Shown here: positions 1 to 13,692 of the stretch, piece after piece
Layout: every line of letters begins with the position of its first letter
Position numbering within the stretch: position 1 is the stretch's first letter
Assembly: GCF_037042905.1 (NCBI RefSeq)
Contig: NC_087251.1
Location: forward strand, 20,214,001-20,278,000
Length of the DNA: 64,000 bases
Source of the DNA: Lytechinus pictus
Lineage: Eukaryota
Reading direction: 5' to 3'
Translations under genes and position numbers: made by a program
Notes under the pieces: generated by a model
Told to the model about the DNA's origin: nothing
Seen by the model: only the letters and a program-made list of their open reading frames with translations
Databases searched by the model: none

Positions 1-404
1 ATGGTGCGTCATCTATCAGTTGCAGCGAACAGGCCAAATTTCTAACTTTGGGGTAGACATCGTGCTCAGGCGCAGGCAGCGCACAGTGCTAGTGCTTGAA
101 AAATGAAAAACATACGGCAAAATTCACCAAAAAGGGTCTAAAGTTTGCAAAGAAATATGCGGGCAAATTTCTCTACCTCCTGGACCCCAGTAAACAGCAT
201 ACGGTCGAGCCGTGTTGGCCAGCGCTGAATAATCGCATGCATGCATTCACTTTAGTACTAGCACGAGAGCACCAACGAGATCACTACATTAAGCCTGAGA
301 TTAAACGAGTCGATCGCTGAGTCAAAATTCATGTAACTTTCATCAAATTTCACAGTTTAGTGAAGAATTGTCTACTGAAGAATATATTGCTATTCATTTT
401 CCCT
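1..404. mobile_element. Partial non-autonomous DNA element (Kolobok-like end), left end outside window
   Basis: Ends in CCCT followed by TTAA at 401-408; bases 1-96 are homologous to the reverse complement of ~5512-5605. Confidence 0.4.
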
Positions 405-646
405 TTAACGCTAGCAGCACCTTCATTTCTTTCAAATGGTGTGAAAGATGACCAAAACATAATCTAAAAAAGTACAAAATTTCTATAACATTTCTGAGAA
501 GTGCAATAAATGCTGGCACACTTTTTTTATAATGAAAACAGTGACAACATACATGTACACAAATATAGGCCTAACTACTGATTTTGTATGTGTTGACATC
601 AACACAGTGAAGGGATTGAGCAAGATGATTACTGTGATTATCTTAC

Positions 647-754
647 CTGAAAGACTAATGACAATCTGCATCTCCGGAATGCATTCCAGTTGTTGAATTG
701 GCTTCTTAGAAAATGACTTGAAAGACTTGAGGAGATCCACTTTAAATGTACCCA
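647..754 (-). CDS. VPS39: VPS39 coding exon 3; gene continues beyond window start
   Basis: tttatcag acceptor, gtaaga donor, 108 nt, phase compatible: LGTFKVDLLKSFKSFSKKPIQQLECIPEMQIVISLS (cf. recalled FEVTLEKSNKNFSKKIQQIHVVSQFKILVSLL). Confidence 0.9.
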
Positions 755-1071
755 CTGATAAACATTTAGAAATAATAATTAAAAAAAAACATGTGAAAAA
801 GTTAGTTCTACATACAGAGAGAAAAACTGTTAGAATAGATTCAGCTACAATGTTCAGTAATTCCATTATCACAAAATCATCTGTCAGCTTTATTTACAAA
901 CTGTGTATTACTACACGTATATGATACATGTACATGTACAGTATGTTGCAATAGATCACCATCATCGGGCAAGAAAAAAAATGATAAAGGGGGGGGGGAA
1001 CTTGCCTCCAAATTGCTGAAAATAGTCCTCAGCCCCAATTACTTGGTCCAGGACAAAGTGTATTTTTTCAT

Positions 1072-1352
1072 AATAACAAATAATAATATAGGATTTGTAT
1101 AGCGCACGTATCCACCTTGCTAGGTGCTCAAGGTGCTCCTATATTACCCTTGCTAAGCTAGTCTACCGATTCTGGTGCGCACAGCTTTTTGAGGAATTAC
1201 TTCCTGCCGGTACCCATTTACCTCACCTGGGTCGAGTGCAGCACAGTGTGGATAAATTTCTTGCCGAAGGAAAACATGCCATGGCTAGGATTCGAACCCA
1301 CGACCTTCTGTCTGAAAGGCGAGAGTCAGAACCACTAGACCACGACGCGCCC
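1072..1352 (-). mobile_element. tRNA-derived SINE
   Basis: Minus-strand head GGGCGCGTCGTGGTCTAGTGG (A box)...GGTTCGAATCC (B box); core shared with 43461-43741; ends in GCGCTATACAAAT plus (TTA)n-like tail. Confidence 0.85.
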
Positions 1353-1418
1353 ACATGAACAGAAGTACGTACGACAAAGCCCTATCCCTCTCGTTCAGAA
1401 AATAGAATTCCCTCACCA

Positions 1419-2320
1419 GGGCCGTCTGCACCATCCCGAAGTTTCAAATTAGCGCGCTATTTCTGATCCGGCAAATTATCCCGATCTGAAAAATCTCGAG
1501 ATAGTTGGCGGTGCAGACGCAATTATCGCGCTAGTTCGTAGGATTAATCTCGAGATTGCAATCCCAAGTCAACTCGGGTTTATTTGCAAAATAGCGCGCT
1601 ATTTTACGAATTATCCCGCTAATTCGTCGGTGCAGACGCACTCGAGATTGGACTCGGGGTAATTTATTCATGACGTCAGTCCATAATGCAATTCGCGTTC
1701 CACTTCCGCCTTGGTCAAAACATAAACACGTGCGAAAGTCAACTTTATACATGCGAATAGCGTTCATAAGCAACGATGGTGTCCCCACCAGTGAATGGAT
1801 TTTGGGAGAGACCCCGGGAGAGACCAGACCGAAGGGGGAGGCGCTCAGCATCGCATCGACGATGGTCATATTCAATAACAACACTGACAGCAGTGTTGTC
1901 TTATTCCTTCGCAAAATGTGAGCAAATAGCATTTCTTTCCTCCTTCTCCCTCTCTCTCTCTCTCTATCTCTGTCGTTGCCTCCTACTCCGCCATCATATT
2001 TCACGAAGAATACATCACTTCTTCACTCGCTGAGCTGAAAGGATTGTTGCATAACACCGGTTGAATTCGGCGAAAGTACTAGTGAAAGGAGTTCATTGCT
2101 TGCATATCGCGGGAAGTTATTCAAAAGCGCGGGCCGTTGAAACTCCAAGATCCGAAAGTGCGCATGCCCGGAATATCGGGCTTGTTGCCTCGCTCGAGCA
2201 GATATAGCTCCTCGTGGGATGGTGCAGACGGGGTTTCTTGAATCTCGAGATTAATCGCGAAGAGGGCTGATCGGGCTAAAATCTCGAGATTGAGCAAACT
2301 CGGGATGGTGCAGCACCGCC
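1419..2320. mobile_element. MITE (PIF/Harbinger-like)
   Basis: TIRs ..CTGCACCATCCCGA / TCGGGATGGTGCAG..; repeated subterminal ATCTCGAGAT and GGTGCAGACG motifs. Confidence 0.65.
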
Positions 2321-2486
2321 TACCATGACTACACATATAATTCATTTGAGATTATGAATGCCATCATAAATAGATAACTGATCATAATTTTGAGACAAGA
2401 TGCTTTTTTTTTCCGAAAAAGTCTAATTCATTAAAAAAATTCAATCATAGTGACTTCAGAGCATATCAGTTGTGATTTAAAAACAG

Positions 2487-2623
2487 GGGCCCGTAACACA
2501 AAGCTTTAATAGCAATCATCATAGAACATTTTTTACGATTGATTGCATTTACTACAATACAATGTACAATCAATCGTAAAAATCATGTGTACGATTGATC
2601 GCTAACCGTTATGTTACGGGACC
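2487..2623. mobile_element. Short MITE
   Basis: TIRs GGGCCCGTAACA / TGTTACGGGACCC. Confidence 0.6.
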
Positions 2624-4307
2624 CTGATTAGCCCTTTACTTCAAATATGTGACTAACCTTGCACCAAATTCATATGCAATGTAGTTTATATCCATATTTT
2701 TTACATAAAAAATTGGGTACATAAAGTTCAAAACTTTTACTGATTTGTGATTTTATTGCCAAAGTTGGATCGCAGCAGATTGCACTGTAAGGCAGGCTTC
2801 ATTGTAAACAATTTACAATAATTGTGAACAATGTCTACAATTAAGCCTGTCTCACGCAGACTTTAGTAACTTGTGTTCAGAAATATAATATACATGTAAT
2901 TCCACTTCTACTGTACAGTATGCTTCATCACATCATCTACTCATGATGGATAATGCCGCATTACTTACATGTACAAATGTTCAATACAATCAAATTCATA
3001 TCTGTTTCATAGAGTGTACTCTATATGGAATCATTTATCAATTATGTGGAAGCACCTGCACAATTTGTAAGCTATCATAGCTTCACAAACACAGGTATTC
3101 AATAATATCACCTTCAAAAGACTGCTCGCACATGTCCCTAACTTTTTTTTGAAACTAGAGCCTAGTGTGAACACAGACCTACATGTAGTCAGCTGGGTAA
3201 CTGCACAGCTGACACCTAAATCCTGAATCAGTCACATGAATATGACTTACATCAAACACTTGGGAGATTACTTTCACTGCCTATGAAGTGTCATACTCTG
3301 AACAACACACAACATGAGGACCATATTATGTACATGTCAGTGCTCTAGACCATACAGTAATAAATACTCTTAATACAAACAAGTGCGTATATACTTTGTA
3401 TATAGCACACAAATTTGAAACAGAATTTATACCAGTATTTCAATTGGGATCAACTTACAGTACAACCATGTGACTTTCAGTACATTAACCTATTTTTAAA
3501 CTTGTCTGATTTTGAAAAATTAACTATAGATAGATGACCCATAAAATAATTTTGAATGACCTAACAAAAGTGTAAAATTATGCAAACGATGCAAGTTAAG
3601 ATTTGATTTAGCAATCAAAAGAATCAAAGGAAAAGATGTACATGTATAAACAAATTAATAAAACAAATTAAAAATAAAACATATTAAACATCTTATCAAG
3701 GTATTGCCCTGCATCTGATGTACTGTAGCTGTAACAAAGTGTGTTTCTGGTGATTTTAGTTTTTGTTAGATATTTCCAAGCCACAAACATGACCACAAAA
3801 CCAGTTTGAATAAACAATTCAGCTACATTCAAGAGGAAATATTGAGGTCATTAAATAAAAGAAGTTATATACTGAAATCAGACCAATGCCTTACAATGTA
3901 TCTTAATAAAAACAACCAACAGTTTTCTGTTTTCTTTTCTTTTAATGGCCATCAAACAACTTGCGATTGGACTGCAACCCAATTTTGGAATAAAACAAAG
4001 TAAAACTTGATGCAAATATTGATACACAGAACATCTTGCTGTTTAAAATATGCTACCATCCCTAATATTAGAAAAACGTCATAGCAAAGTTTCTATGACT
4101 GGCTATGATTTTAAACCAATTTGGCCTTTACTACAAAATACAGGCCTACAATCATCCATAATTGTTTTTTGCGGTTAATATGAAACTTAAATAAAACTAA
4201 ACTTTTTATTCACTTTTTCAGAAAATAAGCAAAATGCAATTTGTTCCAAAATCTATTGATAATATACAATATTATTTACAAAGTCATTCCAATGATGGAC
4301 TACTTAC

Positions 4308-4373
4308 ATTGCCCTCCTGTGATGCTGTATACCAGAAGGTGTCCTGGTTTTGTTCCCACAAGCAATTGATCTC
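4308..4373 (-). CDS. VPS39: VPS39 coding exon 2 (CNH domain)
   Basis: tttgcag acceptor, gtaagt donor, 66 nt; in frame with exon 1: GDQLLVGTKPGHLLVYSITGGQ (cf. recalled WLLVGTKQGHLLLY). Confidence 0.93.
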
Positions 4374-4948
4374 CTGCAAATGAATGAAAGATAATCATAA
4401 ATTCTTACAAAATACAGCACATCCATTATGGTGCTATTGCAACTAAGCCATGGAAATAATCCAGCTTAAAACATCCATATGTACACTGCATCATAAAACT
4501 GATTTTTATTCTTACAATAAAAAACCAAATGCTAATAATTTTACTGCTACATGTAAATCTACTTTGAAAGCGACAAATTTCATGAGCTCGATATCTGAAA
4601 ATTGTGATTTTTATGCAGCTGATTTTCAAATCATGTTACAATATTCAATGCACACTGGATTCCAAGTATATGACTTTAATATTAATTACTAAAAGGTCAA
4701 AGGAATGCCTCTTTATTTGGCTCACTGGGTGAAAAGTTTTTAGTCCGTTTCGATTCACTAACCCTTGACAAAAACTTCATCATGAAGGGCATTTAGTTCT
4801 GCATGCGAAAATTCCTTATTATTCACCAGAGGTGATCAGAGGCATCAGGTCATTAACCTCAACCCATTACAAAAGGAAGGATGGGAAATAAATACTAAGA
4901 TGCAGACCTACTTGTGGCCTGCAAAACTTGTGCAAAACATAGACTTAC

Positions 4949-5021
4949 CATGGCAGGCTATTGATTCTATAGGTAGAGGAAGCTTCTCCAAGATAGGACG
5001 TGCCTCATAAGCATCATGCAT
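4949..5021 (-). CDS. VPS39: VPS39 (Vam6, HOPS subunit) coding exon 1
   Basis: Minus strand CCACC-ATG; translates MHDAYEARPILEKLPLPIESIACH, matching the recalled VPS39 N-terminus MHDAFEPVPILEKLPLQIDCLAAW. Ends G|GTAAGT; 73 nt, phase 1. A possible upstream acceptor (ttcacag) near 5129 implies a 5' UTR portion. Confidence 0.93.
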
Positions 5022-6465
5022 GGTGGATCAGAGAGTAATCTTGGCAGCTAGAAGATCACTCTGTGTTGTTCCTGGTTCTTGATTAATTTAACATGTTGCA
5101 GGTATGCCCACTGACTCCGACATGTTATCTGTGAACAGTTAAGATCAAATCTTTAAAACATCAATTAAAAATCAAATTCCCCAAATACTCCAACTCACAA
5201 CTGTTTTAAAGTTAGGGCAAAATTCTTAGCCATGTTGTATTTATGAGATACAGACTCTGCAGTTTTAAGAAAAGTTACTTAGCCAATTACCCTATATCTG
5301 TCACGCGAAAAAAAACTCTTAGCCAAATTCTAAGACAAAATTCTTAGCCAATTCTTTATGGAATACGCGTTTTGGCTAACAATTTTGTCTCAGACAGAAA
5401 ATAAGACAAAATGCTTCAATTTTTTACCTAAGCATGCTTATCTCGTTAGTGGAATACGGGCCCTGGCCCTAATATGGTTTTCATTTTCGAATCATCACAG
5501 TCACATTACAGTACACTAGCACTTTCTGCTGTCTGCGCCTGATTAAAACCCTGAAGTTTAATAGAAATTGGCCTGTCTGCTGCAACTGATAGATGGCACA
5601 CCGTGTCCACCAAATTTTTGAAGAAGGAATTGTTGAAGAAGGAGTGAAACTGACCCGGAAGTAAACCTTGATTTTGGGTCAGAATTGAGCAAGATGGCAG
5701 CTTCCTGTAGATATATACAAATACTAGTTTCCAGTTTAAAAAGTGTAATATTGATTTTTGCATAAATTTCAAAACACATATCATACAATTTAAATATTAA
5801 ATTTTTTACCAGATCTACTGGAAAATGAATTTGATTCTGCAGACCTAATTATTCAATATTGACGAGCCACACTGTACTATGAAATTTGAAAAGCAATGAA
5901 AACTTTAAAAATTCTGGAAGCTCTTTTGTTTTAAGTTTTGACACATTCTCAGATCATTTTAATAGAGATTTGAAAAACAAACAAACATTGGTTCCGTAAA
6001 TTGTTAAACACAATTTGTTATATCCATCGAATAAAGTTTTCAACTCCAAAATTCCATCTATCTAGAAGGCCTTATTTTTCCATAAAAAATTGTAGAATCT
6101 CTGCAATATTTCCAAAGCACACAGAGGCTTAGCCCGGATTTAAGAAACAGTATCACCAAAAAAATAGCTAAAATCAAGAAATCTGTGGTTTTGTTCCAAG
6201 TTTCATAGTTTTCTTGTGAATTTAGATTTGTATCTTCAAACAGAAAATAAAACAAACAAGGGAGAAAGTCAACCACATTGAACTCGTATTAAAATAATGT
6301 CAAGTGAAACGTCCGAGTTGCCTTCACTCAACATTGAATTTGAGCGTGATACAGATACGAATGGCTGTTGCGACTTCCGGGTTACATATTGCCTGCAGTG
6401 TGGTGCAATTCAGTGGCTCTAGCATGGATTGACGTTGAACGCATGATTTGTGACACATGTCCAAT

Positions 6466-7186
6466 CATGGACCTATGAAGAGATGGACGATTAACACGAG
6501 CATTTCTTTGATCCAATGATAGTTACCGTCACCTGGTTATGTGCATCATAATAAGAACATACCTGTGTTGTGACAATAGCAATTACCATGACTACCAAGA
6601 TGTATCTGATCACTTAAAGACGGATCAGTTTCCCAAGGTCTTACATGTAGTTTTGTTGGCTGATACCGTTTCAGCTTGTGCCTTTCAATCAACATGCTAA
6701 TGTGGAGCAACAAACTTGAGAACAGACGATTTCTGTGATATGAAATATGATATCATTCTATCCAGACACTTCTGGACGCACGTAAGGACCTCAATAGCAT
6801 TGAGAGATACATGATCTATACACGTTATGTGCCACATATATCTGGAATATTATGGAGAAATTTGAAATGATTAGCAATCAATGACAAGTGTGCCTAGTAA
6901 TATGACAACATTTTCCCAAATAAAACACATGGAATTAAGATTACAAAAGGTAAACAAGAACTGCACATCGATTTTCCATGATTCAAGTGATTTGTTATCA
7001 ACTGCGCATACAATCTGTGAAATATAAAGTTCCAATCACGAACTGCTTCAAGGCCATTCTCGCGGTAGCGATCATAGGACCAAAGTAGACAAGTATGAAG
7101 AGAATGTTATTCAGATGACAATAACAGTCACCTGTGAATTTATTATCTACCGTAAGCGATGAATTCCATCTTTTCATAGGTCCATG
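6466..7186. mobile_element. MITE
   Basis: TIRs CATGGACCTATGAAGAGATGG / CCATCTTTTCATAGGTCCATG (20 of 21 match). Confidence 0.7.
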
Positions 7187-8500
7187 GTCAAATGAAGGAT
7201 AGAATCTAGTCTGCAGGCACAGACCCTGATTGAAAGCCTATGGGACGCAGAAAAAGACAATTTTCAAATATTTTTTCAAGTTGAGAATTCTCTGAAAGAA
7301 TTTCATTTGACAACTTGCAACTTAGTGTGATAAAAGTCACAACACTCTAGTATATCTAAGGCAAGTTTCATGTCATTCTAATTACAGACTCTAATTAAAC
7401 AAATTAATGACATGTTACGTATGGGACATTTTGTCCCCATAGAGAACGAACGCAATTTTCTCCATAATTTTGAAAATTAGAATTTGAAATATGGAAATAA
7501 CAAGAGTTTTTTCTTTTAAGATGTTCTGAGATATATTTGATCTGACTGAAAAGGAAATTAGCCATTTCAACATTTTTTTCATGTTTTCCATGGTTTCATG
7601 AATTTCTTGCATATTTCTATGGTTTTTATTTTTTCATATTTTTCCATTTTCACAATTATTTTTTTTTGCTTGAATTTTTTTTAATCAGTATTTATAACAA
7701 ATCAGATTTTAGAAACTAAAGAAAAGGTAAATAAATCACTATTAAGAGCACTCTTGAAATATTTTTTTCTCCATTCACTTTGTACACAAAGCTCCCCATT
7801 GACATTGTGTGTAAATACATGTCACATACATGTACATTACGTAACAATTTTTTGATTAACTTTTAATTAAAAAGTAACCTACATTTTTGAAACTTTTTGT
7901 GGTATAATATTTTCATACTCAATAAAATAAAACTTCCCAGAGATGCATCATGCAAATATGTATTGTATTCTGAGAAATAACTTTAAAAATATCCTCAAAA
8001 TTTTGGTATGGGACATTCCATCCTTAGACAAGAACCAATTTGCATATTCAATTAGATGACACCACTTTTGTCCCCCGAGAGTAATAAGATTTTAGGGGGT
8101 CCATGTCCCATCTATGACTAAATCTCACAAGTTTTGTTTTGATTTTCTATGATTTTTTATAATTGTCCCATACGTAACACCCATTTTACCAATTATGCAA
8201 ATTAAGTGCCCCAAATTAGCATAAATTTGAATATTATAAACATTTTCTTAATGAACTTTTAAAATTCAACATTTGGGCTTTCTTACTCCATCAAAGATAA
8301 CTTCTTAAAATAATGAAATTTTGTCTTCTAGGGTGACCCTTTCTTGGACTTGCCCATGTATATTTTGTCCTATCTACATGTAGCTAGGCAGAGCCTAGAT
8401 CTTATCAGATATAGACATAATTTCGGGTTTAATCAACCTTGAAAGGCTATATCTAGTCTAGGTTCTATTTCTTTTGGAAAAATTAGAAAGTAAAAAAGGG

Positions 8501-8539
8501 GCCTAAGCTTTCGATCCTAGCAGAATCTTCGTCGGAGGC
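8501..8539 (-). ncRNA. Minimal type I hammerhead ribozyme motif (variant core)
   Basis: GCCT-CCGACGA-A-GATTCT(GCT)AGGATC-GAAA-GC-TT-AGGC: stem I GCCT/AGGC, stem II, palindromic AGCT stem III; core has U4>C. Confidence 0.6.
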
Positions 8540-9546
8540 AAAATGACAAACATATAAAGTGGAACAACCATAATATAGACCACAAACAAGCTACAGCAAC
8601 ACTAGAAACAAGGAGACAAAAGAGGCATTAGTGAGTAGAGAAGACCAATCAGGTTAGTGAAGGGGATGAAAGAAAAGGAGTATAGGCAGACACAAAGGGA
8701 AGTTAGTGTAAGTAAGGCCAGTAAAAGACCTCAAGCCAAGAGGGATTAAAATAATGAGGCAGGCAACATCAAACAGGATCTGGAACAAAACAGTGATAAT
8801 GGGATGAAAAACAAGAGAATTAGTGAGAGGTGGGTCAAACAGGTTACAAAGAAAGGCTTAATAAACTGGTGCATAAGAGTGGGGGGGAAAAAAGAAAAAG
8901 AGTGGGGGGAAAAAAAGAAAAAGAATGGGGAACAACTGATAATGTGCAAAAGACATATAAGTATATATGATAAAGCATTAAACAAACTAAGAGAAGAAGG
9001 TAAGTGTAAATATGTATCTATAAGTGATATGTATATAAATATATCCAAAAAAGAAATGTATATGAAAAAATATATAAATACACATATGGTGTAACTGATA
9101 TTGTAATCCGCTAGGTGTGACGGGAAAAAAACATAAGACTATATAGTAGGAAAAAAAAAAAAAAAAAAAAAACCTGTATATGTGAAAAAGAGGAAGCAAA
9201 TTGCCTAAAAAGGTAAAAGCAAATATAGAAGAGAGGGGGTGTATTATGAAGAAACCATAGTATACATGTAAATAAGCAAATGTGGTAAATCTAAAAGAGG
9301 TGAGTGGAGAAATAACAAATATATATATATATATAATAATAATAATTATTATATCGCCTGAATAAGGAAGGAAAAAATGGAGCTGAGCTTGTATGAGATA
9401 TGGGAGGAAAGTAGAGTAAGAAACTATAATGTAACTATTCAAAAGAGCTGAGGGGAAAAATTATATGTATATATAAATTGAAAGTGGATAGGAAAGAAAA
9501 ATCAGTCGTTCCCCTCTTGGATGTTCAGGCCATGAGGTTGGGTGGT
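8501..9546 (-). mobile_element. 5'-truncated Penelope-like retroelement fragment (GIY-YIG C-terminus, 3' region, hammerhead motif)
   Basis: 9546-9502 translates TTQPHGLNIQEGND*, with the PxGLN motif typical of Penelope endonuclease ends. A pyrimidine-rich 3' region follows, then a hammerhead-like motif at 8539-8501. Confidence 0.75.
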
Positions 9547-9828
9547 GGAAAAAAAGTCAAAGGCCTAAATTTTTATAAAATCTGATTTGCTGAGCCTGAG
9601 TGTAACCAACAGAACACTCAATGTACATATACGTTACACTTACAGTCATACAGAGACTGCACTCAAGGGTTCATTACATGCCGCCGTGCACAGGAAAATC
9701 AAGGCTGAGCTGACCCTTCCACTTCTTTGGAGATTCCAGGAGTCCAGATGAAACACTTCCATGGGATTGCATAAAATTAGATACTTTGACGAAATCTAAA
9801 ATCTAATCTAATTGTTCAATTACACTAA

Positions 9829-9990
9829 TACCTTGGTCACATTTGCTCTACGGCGGCCGTACGGCGAGTCAAAAACAGCTGTTTTATTAATTTTAATTCA
9901 AATCACCTATATGCAGCTGGTACAAAAAATGTTAAAATGGCTGTTTTCAAGCTGGCATACGGCCGCCGTAGAGCAAATGTGACCAAGGTA
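9829..9990. mobile_element. Hairpin MITE (PIF/Harbinger-like)
   Basis: 34-bp perfect TIR TACCTTGGTCACATTTGCTCTACGGCGGCCGTA..; TAA/TTA flanks; related copy at 44478-44632. Confidence 0.8.
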
Positions 9991-10399
9991 TTACCGATCA
10001 ATATAAAGTCCCTTTGGTGACTTCTTTTAGCATTCTGTTCCTAGTAAACAATATCTTTTCTTGATCTTGACGTCGTTGCCTGTGTAACACCGCGACATCA
10101 ATTTTTGGCCTAAAGAAGGTGCGCGATTTATATTCATATCAGATTTATATTCATATCAAAGACGCTACAAGGGAAAGACTAGGCACCTAAACTATTTTAC
10201 ACACTTATCGATCAGTGAAGTGTCCAATATTTTCATTTTATAGACTTTGGTGTAACCCTGTAACTGATCATCGGATCGGCAGCCGATAACGATCTAATCA
10301 CGGCTGATCGGCTTTTTCACGCCAATCGCACAAAGTGTATCGGTATGGTCAGTGGCCATTTGAAATACCTCTTGGCACAATATTTAAACAGTTTTGAAG

Positions 10400-11110
10400 T
10401 AAAAGCAACTTCCTGATAGATCGTGCAATTAATTTGAGATCACCATGACATCTATTCATTTTTATTTTCCTTTCCGACGATGTCAAGAAAATGCAATATT
10501 TCTTCTTGGAGAACGGGAGATCATAACGAAATGTATATAAAACTAAATCTAAGCCGTTAGTACCCGAAAACAATTTTAAAACATTCCCAATCGATTGTTT
10601 ATTAATCTGAGATGTTTGTGACTTGACTGACTTCTTTTCTATTTCATTTTCCTTTCCGCCTTTGTCAGAATAATGCGTCATTTATATTTCTTTTGGGGGG
10701 AATGGAGTTCATAACGGAAGGTTTATCAAATATATTTCTAATTGTTAATACCTCAAAACAATTTAAAACTGCTCCTGATCGTCCGTTTAGTAATCTGAGA
10801 AATTTACGACCTCTATTTTGTTTTACTTTCCTTTCCGCTGTTGTCTGAATAATGCGACTTTTATCATTCTTTTAGGACGGGAGTTCATAACGGAAGGTTT
10901 ATGAAATTGATTCTAACCAATTCCTGAAACAATCTTGAAACACCTCCTGATCGATGGTTTATTGATATGTGACGCTGGGGACTTTTATTTATTTGCCTTT
11001 CCGACTTTCTAGGAAAATGCGTCTTCTACAGATACAGATACATTTCTTTTTTGAAAAAACAAGAGTTCTTTCCTTTAATATATCGCTAGCACCTCAAAAC
11101 ACTTTAAAAC
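10400..11110. repeat. Degenerate tandem repeat, ~175-180 bp unit, ~4 copies
   Basis: Recurring TTTCCTTTCCG..GTC.GAATAATGCG..GGAGTTCATAACGGAAGGTTTAT at ~10467, 10648, 10827, 10995. Confidence 0.7.
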
Positions 11111-12119
11111 ATGTCCAGACAAAAAAATATCTCCAAACTTTGAGATAAACAACAACTTAAAATTCCGATATTTTTGCCAATATGTTTTGCCGATATCGAT
11201 TTTAGGTATTGGTGTGCGTCACCGATCATCCGATCCGATCACAGCTTTGACTTACAGCATTACTTTGGTGGACCGTTTATTGACAAACGAACAAAGCATG
11301 TACTGCTGGTTTTGTTCAAGGTAGACCTCCTACATAGATTTTTTTCTATTTAAAAAAATTACTAATCGTTTTGAATTATTTGCAAAAGTGTTATCATCGC
11401 CAATGATAATCTTAAATTATATTTTTGAAGGTATTTCATTTATTGGTGCCCATATTTAATCAAGTAATCATAAGAATTGCACATTCAAAGAATCTAGACA
11501 CAGTTATATACATGTAGCTACCGAGGAGCTGAATTAAGGTTGTGAAATTTATTCATTAGTGCCACCATCAGGCTTCCTTTTATTTCCGTAGACGAGACAT
11601 GCGATGTCACTTTCCAGTCCAAATTTCCTCTTTTTGCATGATTTTGATAAATTTTGAACAAAATTACGATGGTATGGCTACTCACCGCAAAGAGCCCCGG
11701 TGAGTAGTGAGAAAGAGTGTCGGCAAATATTATGAAGCAATGTTTGCCGACTACATTCCAGGGCCAAACGCGGTTCGGTGTAGCCAGTAGGCTCTTAGAG
11801 AGTAAAAATCATTCACTAACATGTGCTTATTCTCCACTTGAGGAGCCAGGCATTGCGTTCTCTGATATGCGTCTCGTAGCTTGGCAAAGAACAAAGAAAA
11901 CAAGATGGCGAAATAAACATCGGCAAGGTTTTCCCTGCCTTCTCAAAGTATTTTTGTTTTTTTTGATGGATTTTCGTTAAAAAAAAAATCAATATCGTAT
12001 AAATGTCAGAAATGAAGTTGCATCCCATTTAAATGATCTAGGGCTAGATCTTTTAGAAGGAAAGTAGAAATCTCAGAGGCGAAAATTTAAGTTTTTTTCG
12101 TGGCATTTTGATTTCCATC

Positions 12120-13692
12120 TGAACACTAAATTTCCTTGGGATAAAGATGCTTTACAAGGCATTCCTGATCCACCACCAGCAAACACTCAAAGTAGTCCAT
12201 TCACAATAGAGGAAGCAGAGTCTGCTATAAAACTGCTTAAAAACAAAGCATGCGGTTGGGACAAGATAGCTGCTGAAACTCTGTAAGCAGGTCTGAAAAT
12301 GAGAGAGTTTCTACTCAAAATCATCAATGTTGCATGGTCTGAATGTATAACTCCTCAAGACTGCAGCAGGGGTCTTATACATGTAACTCCTGTACACAAG
12401 AAAGGAGACAAACTAAATCCAGCTAATTATAGAGCGATCACGTTGCTATCTATACCTGGAAAAGTTTTTTGCAGAATGATTCTTAATAGAATTCAGGCAA
12501 CCATCGACGATCATCTTGCAGAAGAACAATGTGGTTTTCGCAGCTCACGAGGAAAGACCGATGCCATTTTCGTGGCCAGACAAATACTTGAAAAAGCCAA
12601 AGAAAGACATGTGCCTGTCTGGACACTGGAATTTTGTTGACTTTAAGGCAGCATTCGACACTATTTGGAGAGAAGCCCTTTGGAAGTGCCTGAGATCAAT
12701 TGGAGTGGATAAAGTTCTAGTTGACTTGATAGAATGCATTTACAAACAAAATATATGTTCTAACATGGTAAATGGGAAGATATCAGATTGGTTTGATGTT
12801 CTTGTCGGTGTAAGACAAGGCTACCTTCTTTCTCCAAGCCTCTTTAACCTATTTCTCGAGTTTGTGATGGAGGACACCAAAAAACTAGGAAGTGGATTGA
12901 AGATGGGCAACATGAATATAAATAACATCAGATATGCTGACGATACCAAGCTTTTAGAACTTGTCTTTGAAAAACTCCAACTCTCAACCGATACCCTGGA
13001 GAAGGCCTGCCGAAAATGGGGAATGCAGATTAATGCCTCAAGTGCCGAGTTATGACTGAAGACCATCGTGACATTACCCTAAATGACACTAGTATTGACA
13101 AAGTTGATTCTTTTGTTTTCCTGGGAAGTGCAGTCCCCTCCGTGGAAAATGCATAAAAAAATGAAGCATATCCTTAGCCGCCTGGGCATTTGGGAGGCTA
13201 AAAAGTAACATCTGGTCCAACCAAAACATCCCAAGGTCACTGAAGATCAGGATCTACAAATCCCTCATTCTTCCTATTGCACTATATGGTGCAGAAACAT
13301 GGACCCTACGGAAAGTGGATCAAGATAGGCTTGCAGTCTTTGAAATGAGATGCCTTCGCGCCATGTTAGGTGTACATTTATTGGACAAAGTCAGGAATGC
13401 GGACATCAGGAGGAGATTACATATCAAAAACACAATATGTGAGGAAGCTACAAAAAATGCCTGAGGTGATTTGGGCACATATGCCGTATGCCACAAAACC
13501 GCTTTCCAGTTCAGGCGTACAGAAATGACTTTGACAAGGGGAGACCACCAGGACGTCCCCCTTCCAGATGGAGGGACCAAGTCAGACGAGATGTGGGTCT
13601 CCCTCTATACTGGATGCTGAAGACCTAGCCCAGGGTAGAACTGAATGGAAAAGGATCACCCGTAGGAGAGCGAAGGGACACAAGGTCCTACA
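12120..13692 (+). mobile_element. Decayed 5'-truncated RTE-clade LINE (RT pseudogene)
   Basis: Frameshifted RT motifs PANYRAITLLSIPGKVF, QCGFR, FVDFKAAFD, GVRQGYLLSPSLFN, YADD; downstream LYGAETWTL..FEMRCLR is typical of RTE. Confidence 0.9.

Noticed and set aside
1531..2345. ORFs within 1.5-2.3 kb
   Set aside because: Inside a MITE with a (CT)n tract; no recognisable domain.
5506..5788. Additional VPS39 coding exon
   Set aside because: Upstream of the conserved start Met, no VPS39 similarity, and homologous to a repeat at the window start.
8746..9442. Hydrophobic or K-rich ORFs
   Set aside because: Low-complexity 3' region of the Penelope fragment.
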